The translations under genes were made by a program, and so were the position numbers. Shown here one piece after another: positions 55,494 to 61,589 of a DNA stretch of 64,000 nucleotides. Where the stretch lies: positions 1,125 through 65,124 of the forward strand of contig JBASTP010000002.1 of NCBI GenBank assembly GCA_049274945.1, written 5' to 3'. Each line of letters begins with the position of its first letter. Positions within the stretch are counted from its first letter, which is position 1. This DNA is from Patescibacteria group bacterium. GTDB lineage: Bacteria; Patescibacteriota; UBA1384; GWA2-35-9; JBASTP01. The notes under the pieces were generated by a model, which saw only the letters and a list, made by a program, of their open reading frames with translations, was not told the DNA's origin and made no database searches.

Positions 55494-56771
55494 TCAAGTG
55501 GATTGGGGAGGAGTGTATACCCTACGCGAGAAAGCGATCGGTTTTTCTCCTCCGAAACAGTAGCTACAAATCTTGCTACCAAAGATTTCTCGCAAATCAT
55601 CAAGATTCACTATGGTAAGAGAATCGAGCCCCAGTTTCAAAATTACATCACCGGCAGTTCCATTTTCAATAATGCCCCCGGCCGGCCAGTTGGGAACGCC
55701 GTATTGACAGGGTTTGGTAATCAACGGATTCATCGCTACCCCGTGGATAATTTCAACGCCTCGCTGCCTAAGTCGTCTGGCAATCCCTGCCATAGTCTCT
55801 CCGGAGCGCACTGAGTCATCTACCAGGGCTACTCGCCGAAGACCATTAAGCTGACTTTCGATAAAACTGAACTTCAAGTCAACCGGATCTAAACCAGCCA
55901 CGTGATTGCCAATGCGATTGTGGTAACGGTTATAGTACAAAACCTCCCGATAGGGGATATCCAACGCGGCAGCGAAGGCTTGAGCGCCCACGAGAGCTGC
56001 GCGAGGAATTGGGATAACCGCGTCAGCCGGGTAGCTGAAACGGCTTGCCAGGTGCTCCGCCAACTGCTGCCGCCAATGTTCCACCGAGCGGTTATGCCAA
56101 TCTGAGTTAAACATCATCCGCGATGTCACCTCCGACACACAGGGGCGTTTAGCAAAATATGTAATTCCAGGCTGGACCTCCATACCTTTTGAGCTCAGAC
56201 AGACAATTTGACCCGGTTCAAGATTGCCTTGGACGGTCGCTCCGGCCGCGGCGATGCTGGCTGACTCAGTCGCCACAAACCAACTGCCATCTTCGCTCGC
56301 GCCAATTGACAGCTGCCTAACTCCCCTCGGGTCGCGGCAAACCAGCAGTTGATCGGGGAATCCGACGAGGAGACCATAGGCACCGGGAAAACTTTTCATA
56401 TACTGAACTAAATGAGTTGCGGCGCGGGCTCGGTCACGTAGGAGCTGCCTAGGACTACCTGAAAGCTGTCCCTCATAGATGATCGCCCCATTGGTATTGG
56501 CGTTTAGGATCGGGTTCGTAAATGCCTCGGGAAAATTGCAGCCAACCCTCCCTAACACTACGGTGCCATCGTAATCAGGCCAACTGGTTCCGTGGAATGC
56601 GTCACCCAAGAGGCGTTCTTTCTGTTTTGATTTAACCGGTTGATCGGGAAACAGTGCCGTTATCGAGCAGTTATGCTCGCCCCGATGCTGGACGGTAAAT
56701 AGCCCTTGAAAAACTCGATAGCCGAGATCGGCCCGCCGCTCGAAATTGCAGCCCACCATGATTCCTGCCAT
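55494..56771 (-). CDS. amidophosphoribosyltransferase-like protein (class II GATase fold + PRTase motif) lacking the N-terminal catalytic Cys
   Basis: MAGIMVGCNF where PurF has MCGIVGI; C-terminal VALVDDSVRSGETM PRTase motif; GGAGGTG RBS. Confidence 0.7.
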   Translation of the reverse strand: MAGIMVGCNFERRADLGYRVFQGLFTVQHRGEHNCSITALFPDQPVKSKQKERLLGDAFHGTSWPDYDGTVVLGRVGCNFPEAFTNPILNANTNGAIIYEGQLSGSPRQLLRDRARAATHLVQYMKSFPGAYGLLVGFPDQLLVCRDPRGVRQLSIGASEDGSWFVATESASIAAAGATVQGNLEPGQIVCLSSKGMEVQPGITYFAKRPCVSEVTSRMMFNSDWHNRSVEHWRQQLAEHLASRFSYPADAVIPIPRAALVGAQAFAAALDIPYREVLYYNRYHNRIGNHVAGLDPVDLKFSFIESQLNGLRRVALVDDSVRSGETMAGIARRLRQRGVEIIHGVAMNPLITKPCQYGVPNWPAGGIIENGTAGDVILKLGLDSLTIVNLDDLREIFGSKICSYCFGGEKPIAFSRRVYTPPQST

Positions 56772-56797
56772 TTGTTCAGGTTCACCTCCTGAAGGTC

Positions 56798-56826
56798 TTG
56801 ACATTTACGGTAATTTGTGCTATAAT
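56798..56826 (+). promoter_or_regulatory. perfect sigma70 consensus promoter TTGACA-17-TATAAT
   Basis: cttgacatttacggtaatttgtgctataattacc. Confidence 0.7.
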
Positions 56827-56832
56827 TACCGG

Positions 56833-57058
56833 TTGCCAAGTTGAGATTTCTGTACTGGGGAGGATGCTCGTAGCAAGTTTTCGATGTTTCCCCCTCCTTG
56901 CATCGTAGCTTGTTGCGAGCATTCTCTCCAGTATCCCACTACCCCACCCGCCATATTTAACACATAATGTTGCGGGAATTGGACAAATGGCGCAAGCCTG
57001 GTGGTGGGCTCTACAGGGGGAAAACGAAAAACGATCTGGTGCAAACCGGATCGTTTTT
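56833..57058 (+). ncRNA. candidate small RNA (~220 nt) between consensus promoter and intrinsic terminator; identity unknown
   Basis: No ORF >60 aa on plus strand; terminator hairpin aaaacgatctgg-tgcaaa-ccggatcgtttttcg. Confidence 0.4.
57020..57058. terminator. bidirectional intrinsic terminator hairpin
   Basis: Stem acgatcYgg/ccRgatcgt with U-runs on both strands. Confidence 0.6.
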
Positions 57059-57073
57059 CGTGTTCCTATATTC

Positions 57074-57622
57074 CTATCTGTATATCCTCCCAAAACGATG
57101 TCTGTCCTGTTTAGCTAAATCTTGCTCTTCTTTTGTAAAACCATCATCTATCTGTAACAATACGCTTGAAGGGTTAATTTCTGAAGCTAGCTGTGCATTT
57201 TCCTTATTCAATAAATCTCGAATATTTGTTCCGTGGTCTTTAGTACCTACGCCTTCGGTGATGAAATTGGCGAGTTTAATCTCTCCCATAGGATTTACAA
57301 ACATTAAAAGACGTTCTGCGGTATGGCCGTTTCCCTCCTCTCTTTCATCCCATTTCACATCTACTGCAATAATTCCTGTTCTTTCAAAGTTTTCTTGTAG
57401 TCTCCCAACAGTTTCGCCCTTTTTCACATCTGGGGGTAATTGCATAGAAGCTCTAACGGCCACAGTTCTTAGCTTATCATTTATCACTAGATCAGTTTCA
57501 TATCTATTGACTTGAGGACTGTTCTCATGAATCGCTTCAACTTCTTTGACAATTGATTTAAGATGCCCATAAACAGCTGCACTTCTTTCTGCAGTTAATT
57601 CTTTTTCGGGTTCATGAACCAT
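57074..57622 (-). CDS. hypothetical protein (182 aa) in AT-rich island
   Basis: Strong SD GGAGGAAAT-ATG; local GC ~38% vs ~55% elsewhere. Confidence 0.6.
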   Translation of the reverse strand: MVHEPEKELTAERSAAVYGHLKSIVKEVEAIHENSPQVNRYETDLVINDKLRTVAVRASMQLPPDVKKGETVGRLQENFERTGIIAVDVKWDEREEGNGHTAERLLMFVNPMGEIKLANFITEGVGTKDHGTNIRDLLNKENAQLASEINPSSVLLQIDDGFTKEEQDLAKQDRHRFGRIYR

Positions 57623-57720
57623 ATTTCCTCCTGGTTCAATAGTATTAGTTCACAGTATATATGTCAAGAGTAGTAGTAAATTAAAAGGCCTCGGAGTATA
57701 TGCACCCTCGGTATTGAATT

Positions 57721-57767
57721 TTATCTGTGTTTATCTGTGGATAAAATCTGTGGTTGTAGTGACTACC
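57721..57767. repeat. intergenic palindromic repeat, half copy 13 (right arm)
   Basis: ttatctgtgtttatctgtggataaaatctgtggttgtagtgactacc. Confidence 0.7.
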
Positions 57768-57768
57768 T

Positions 57769-58194
57769 TTATTTGGTCACTTCGATGCCCATGCTTCGCG
57801 CCGTTCCTTCGATAATCTTGACTGCCTGGCCAATATCGCGTGCGTTCAGATCGGGCAGTTTGATCCTGGCAATGTCGGCAACTTGAGCCCCACTGACCTT
57901 GCCCACTTTCTCGCGCTTAGGGGTGCCGGAGCCTTTCTCCAGGCCGGCCGCCTTCTTAAGCAAGAACGAGGCAGGCGGCGTTTTGATAATAAAACTGAAG
58001 GTGCGGTCCTCGTAGATCGTCAGGAGTACCGGCAGGACAATGCCTGGCTGATCTTTAGTTTGCTCGTTGAACTTCGAGACGAACTCGCCAATATTGATAC
58101 CTTGGGGACCGAGGGCGGTTCCGACGGGAGGTGCAGGAGTGGCTTGGCCGCCCGGTACCTGGAGCTTAACCGTTGTTTTAATCTTCTTGGCCAT
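57769..58194 (-). CDS. rplK: 50S ribosomal protein L11
   Basis: L11 family pattern. Confidence 0.93.
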   Translation of the reverse strand: MAKKIKTTVKLQVPGGQATPAPPVGTALGPQGINIGEFVSKFNEQTKDQPGIVLPVLLTIYEDRTFSFIIKTPPASFLLKKAAGLEKGSGTPKREKVGKVSGAQVADIARIKLPDLNARDIGQAVKIIEGTARSMGIEVTK

Positions 58195-58210
58195 GCGACA
58201 GTTAGTTTAA

Positions 58211-58311
58211 TAAGGTAGTAAAACAGCCACTGATATTAATCCACTGATAATCACTGATTAAGATTTTTATCTGTGGTAATCTGTGGATCAGATATCTGTG
58301 GTTGTGATACT
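58211..58311. repeat. intergenic palindromic repeat, copy 14
   Basis: taaggtagtaaaacagccactgatattaatccactgataatcactgatt...tatctgtggtaatctgtggatcagatatctgtggttg. Confidence 0.85.
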
Positions 58312-58323
58312 TCATTATAATTT

Positions 58324-58914
58324 TTACAATTTCTTGACTTGCAGGAAATCGAGCGTTACCGGCGTTTCGCGGCCAAACATCGACGCGAGCACTTTCACTT
58401 TGCCTTTATCGTCGTCAATTTCCATAACTTTGCCTTCAAAGTTTTTGAGCGGGCCGTCGACAATGCGAACCAAATCATCCACCTTGAGCTCGATTTTATA
58501 CTTAGGCTCCTCAACTGCCATGCGCGACTTGATGCGTTCCACTTCCTCGGAGGCAATCGGGGTGGGCCGAACGCCAAGACCAATGAAACCGGTGACGTTC
58601 GGCGTGTTGCGGACCACATACCAGCTGTCGTCGTCAACGATCATGTCGACCAAAACATACCCTGGGTAGATTTTTTTCTCAACGATTTGCCGCTTGCCAG
58701 ACTTGATCTCGATCTGTTTCTCTTTCGGTACTACCACATCAAAAATCCGATCGGTCATGGTGAACGATTCGATCCGCTGGCGCAAGTTTTCGGCAACCTG
58801 ATCCTCATACCCTGAATAGGTATGAATTACATACCAGCTGCGCGTGCCGGCCTGCTTACCCACCGAACGGGCGATTTTGGATGTCTGCGATGGTTGTGAT
58901 ACGTTATCGGACAT
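58324..58914 (-). CDS. nusG: transcription antitermination factor NusG
   Basis: NGN + KOW pattern (KIYPGYVLVDM...). Confidence 0.92.
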   Translation of the reverse strand: MSDNVSQPSQTSKIARSVGKQAGTRSWYVIHTYSGYEDQVAENLRQRIESFTMTDRIFDVVVPKEKQIEIKSGKRQIVEKKIYPGYVLVDMIVDDDSWYVVRNTPNVTGFIGLGVRPTPIASEEVERIKSRMAVEEPKYKIELKVDDLVRIVDGPLKNFEGKVMEIDDDKGKVKVLASMFGRETPVTLDFLQVKKL

Positions 58915-59104
58915 AGGCTAGGAGTAACTTTACCAAGAAAGCAAACACGCCGTCAACGACAGTCAGGAAACCAACCATAATCACGATCGCGCTCACCACC
59001 ACAAGAGTGTGGATGGCGACATCGCGCCTGGAGGGGAAGCTCACCTTACGGAACTCGGCAGCAACACCCGTTAGGTAGTCAACGCTTGCAGCAATCGGCT
59101 TCAT
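58904..59104 (-). CDS. secE: preprotein translocase subunit SecE
   Basis: Small single-TM protein immediately upstream of nusG. Confidence 0.85.
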   Translation of the reverse strand: MKPIAASVDYLTGVAAEFRKVSFPSRRDVAIHTLVVVSAIVIMVGFLTVVDGVFAFLVKLLLAYVR

Positions 59105-59361
59105 GTAATCTTATTTACCGTGAGTGGGGTAAACTGCGGGCGCTCTCCTGCTCGCTTGAGTTCACGCGTCTTGGCACGGAACTTAAGAATCTTAATTTTG
59201 GGACCCTTGCGGCGCTCTCCTGCTTCCAGTTGCACCGATTGGCCCGACAATAAATCATTGAGTTTTACCTTACCTTGCAGCTTCTCTTGCGTCACAATCG
59301 TATCACCCTCTTTTACGAGGTATTGCCGCCCGCCGGTTTCAATGACCGCTAGTTTCGTCAT
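59101..59361 (-). CDS. rplU: 50S ribosomal protein L21
   Basis: AVIETGGRQYLVKEGD...KILKFRAKTRELKRAGERPQFT. Confidence 0.8.
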   Translation of the reverse strand: MTKLAVIETGGRQYLVKEGDTIVTQEKLQGKVKLNDLLSGQSVQLEAGERRKGPKIKILKFRAKTRELKRAGERPQFTPLTVNKIT

Positions 59362-59403
59362 GATGTTCGTATGGTAGCAGATTCTAGGGATTCAAGCAAT
59401 CCC

Positions 59404-59925
59404 TTACCAGCTGCGTGCGCCGCCAGTTGCTAGCCCGAGAGCCCAGGTTGGTCGGATTGCGTCGTAGAACGGCGAGAAACTATCGATTGCGCTCTCAACC
59501 GTACAATAACCAATTAATTTATAATCTCTGCCGTCTGAGGCGTAGCGGTAACCAGCGGGGCCACTAGTGCACGTTGCTTGATGAGCAATAGCGAATGCTG
59601 ATGGCTTACCTACTAACGGATCCAGTGGCAGCGATCCAACATAATCCGGGGCAAGATTCGGGATGTAGCTCCCCGGCTCACTGCAGAGCGGTGGCCCAGT
59701 CGCTCCAGCAAAACAAGTTGCGAGGCCTAGGGTTGAAGGATAATTCCCCTTTTCTTCGGCATAGACTTCTAGGGCGGTTTGAACGGATTTGAGATCGGCC
59801 TTGCGCCTGGCGTCGCGGGCACGGGTACGGGCGAGCGAAAGATTAACTACCACGGAAGAAGCAAGAATTCCGATGATTGCGACAACAATCAGGAGTTCTA
59901 TCAGGGTAAAAGCCCTTTGAGACAT
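59404..59925 (-). CDS. type IV pilin / pseudopilin (class III signal MSQRA|FTLIELL)
   Basis: FTLIELLIVVAIIGILA prepilin N-terminus. Confidence 0.8.
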   Translation of the reverse strand: MSQRAFTLIELLIVVAIIGILASSVVVNLSLARTRARDARRKADLKSVQTALEVYAEEKGNYPSTLGLATCFAGATGPPLCSEPGSYIPNLAPDYVGSLPLDPLVGKPSAFAIAHQATCTSGPAGYRYASDGRDYKLIGYCTVESAIDSFSPFYDAIRPTWALGLATGGARSW

Positions 59926-60408
59926 CTAGAACGCTGCGCCACCACCGGAGTACACCGCATAGGTGCTCGGCCTGCCAGCAGGGTCCCTCATGATGTCGGT
60001 TGACGCAACCGTATTTTCGACGGTGCACGCGGCAATCAGCTTATACTCCGAGCCAGTCGATTTATAGGCATAGCCAGCGGGAATCGTCGCACAACCATCA
60101 ACCACTCGCCGATGGGTAGGATCGACCGGCAGCACCGGAAGGAATGTTGGGGTAAGCGCCGGGGTGCCGGTAATCCAGGGTTGTGAGCCGGTGTCGGAAA
60201 CCCACGCACTCGCGGTTGTGGGGTAGACGCCGTTTTCATCGTTGTAGGCCTCAAGCGCGGTTTGGAGCGTTTTGAGATCGGCCTTGCGGCGAGCGTCGCG
60301 GGCACGGTTGCGAGAACGGGAGACGTTAACTACTACGGTTGAGGCCAAGATGCCAATAATCCCTATGACAACCAAGAGTTCCACTAGAGTAAAACCGCGC
60401 TTGAACAC
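59926..60408 (-). CDS. type IV pilin (GTG start; MFKRG|FTLVELLVV)
   Basis: AAAGGAGG RBS 5 nt before GTG at 60408; prepilin motif; ORF-track start 60486 lacks RBS. Confidence 0.75.
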   Translation of the reverse strand: MFKRGFTLVELLVVIGIIGILASTVVVNVSRSRNRARDARRKADLKTLQTALEAYNDENGVYPTTASAWVSDTGSQPWITGTPALTPTFLPVLPVDPTHRRVVDGCATIPAGYAYKSTGSEYKLIAACTVENTVASTDIMRDPAGRPSTYAVYSGGGAAF

Positions 60409-60506
60409 ACTGCCTCCTTTGATCTTTGAAGTAGTCAGGAGAAACCCCTGGCTACTATTGTTGTTACATCTATAGTATGAAAGCAATATGCTATTGTCAA
60501 TTAAGT

Positions 60507-61589
60507 TTAGGCAAATCGGATTTTCTTGTGGCGAGCGTAGATCGACTGCAGGATACCAACTACGGCAAGCGCAGTGATAGTTTGGGTACCACCATAACTG
60601 ACAAAGGGTAAGGGGACTCCGGTGGCAGGCAATAAACCTAAGTTCACGCCAATATTGATGGTCGATTGGATCAATATCATGAAAGCCATTCCAAAAGCGA
60701 AGTAATAACCAAACTCATCTTGCGCGACCCGGGCAACGTTGAAGGTTCGGCTGATGAGCACGGTAAGTAGAATAAGCACTAACCCAGAACCGATAAAGCC
60801 GGTGGCCTCGGCCACGCCGGCAAAAATAAAATCGGTATGGGCAACTGGTAAGAATTGGAGTTGTGATTGGGATCCCTGACCTAAACCCCTGCCGAAAAGC
60901 CCTCCTGAACCAACGGCGATAAGCGATTGCTGGACATTATAGCCGCTCCCGAGGGGATCTGCCGAAGGGTTGGTAAAACTCTTGAGTCGTTCGCGTTGGT
61001 AGGGTTTGAGACTAGCAAAAAGCAACGGAACAACAAGGATAAGGGCCACCCCAGCAATGAGCCAGATTCGGCGTGGCAACCCCTTGAGCGCTACCATTAC
61101 GACCGCGCCAACAAGGAGAATACTGGCAGTCCCAAGATCTGGCTGACGAGTGACCAGGAGCACTGGGATAATGGTAGCGACTGCCGCAACCAGCGCGGTT
61201 TTAATATCTCTTGGCCATTCGGTGAGGAGTTTAGCAAGCCCCATCGCCAAAATTGGCTTAAATAGCTCAGAAGGTTGGAATTGGAACAGCCCCAGGTCAA
61301 TCCAACGGGTCGCACCAAAAACCTTCGAACCAACCGCGAGGACAATAAGTAAGCCGATAACCCCGACGATATAAAGGTAATAGGCAATTGCCTTAAACGT
61401 TCGATAATCAAGCAAGGTCAGTACTATCATGAGCAAAACCCCAATGATAGTGAAAATTGCTTGGTTAACAGCAAGCTCGGTGCGGGAGGTGCTGCCGAGC
61501 GATGCTATGACTGCGATGCCAAAAATCTGCAGGGCAATCGCCCCAAGGTAGAGCGACCAATCAATTGGTCGGGGAAATCGTACGATCAT
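60507..61589 (-). CDS. ftsW: SEDS family FtsW/RodA peptidoglycan glycosyltransferase
   Basis: 10-TM SEDS pattern. Confidence 0.88.
   Translation of the reverse strand: MIVRFPRPIDWSLYLGAIALQIFGIAVIASLGSTSRTELAVNQAIFTIIGVLLMIVLTLLDYRTFKAIAYYLYIVGVIGLLIVLAVGSKVFGATRWIDLGLFQFQPSELFKPILAMGLAKLLTEWPRDIKTALVAAVATIIPVLLVTRQPDLGTASILLVGAVVMVALKGLPRRIWLIAGVALILVVPLLFASLKPYQRERLKSFTNPSADPLGSGYNVQQSLIAVGSGGLFGRGLGQGSQSQLQFLPVAHTDFIFAGVAEATGFIGSGLVLILLTVLISRTFNVARVAQDEFGYYFAFGMAFMILIQSTINIGVNLGLLPATGVPLPFVSYGGTQTITALAVVGILQSIYARHKKIRFA

Noticed and set aside
56967-57515. 182-aa plus-strand ORF
   Set aside because: Ser/Leu/Cys-rich and antisense to the better-formed minus-strand gene 57074..57622, which has a strong SD.
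40950-58311. Palindromic repeats as DnaA-box clusters / replication origin
   Set aside because: One copy contains an exact TGTGGATAA, but most half-sites deviate from TTATCCACA. There are at least 14 dispersed copies and no dnaA or dnaN nearby, so this is not an oriC.
40950-58311. Palindromic repeats as a CRISPR array
   Set aside because: Copies are about 90-100 bp with irregular kb-scale spacing and genes in between. There are no cas genes and no repeat-spacer periodicity.
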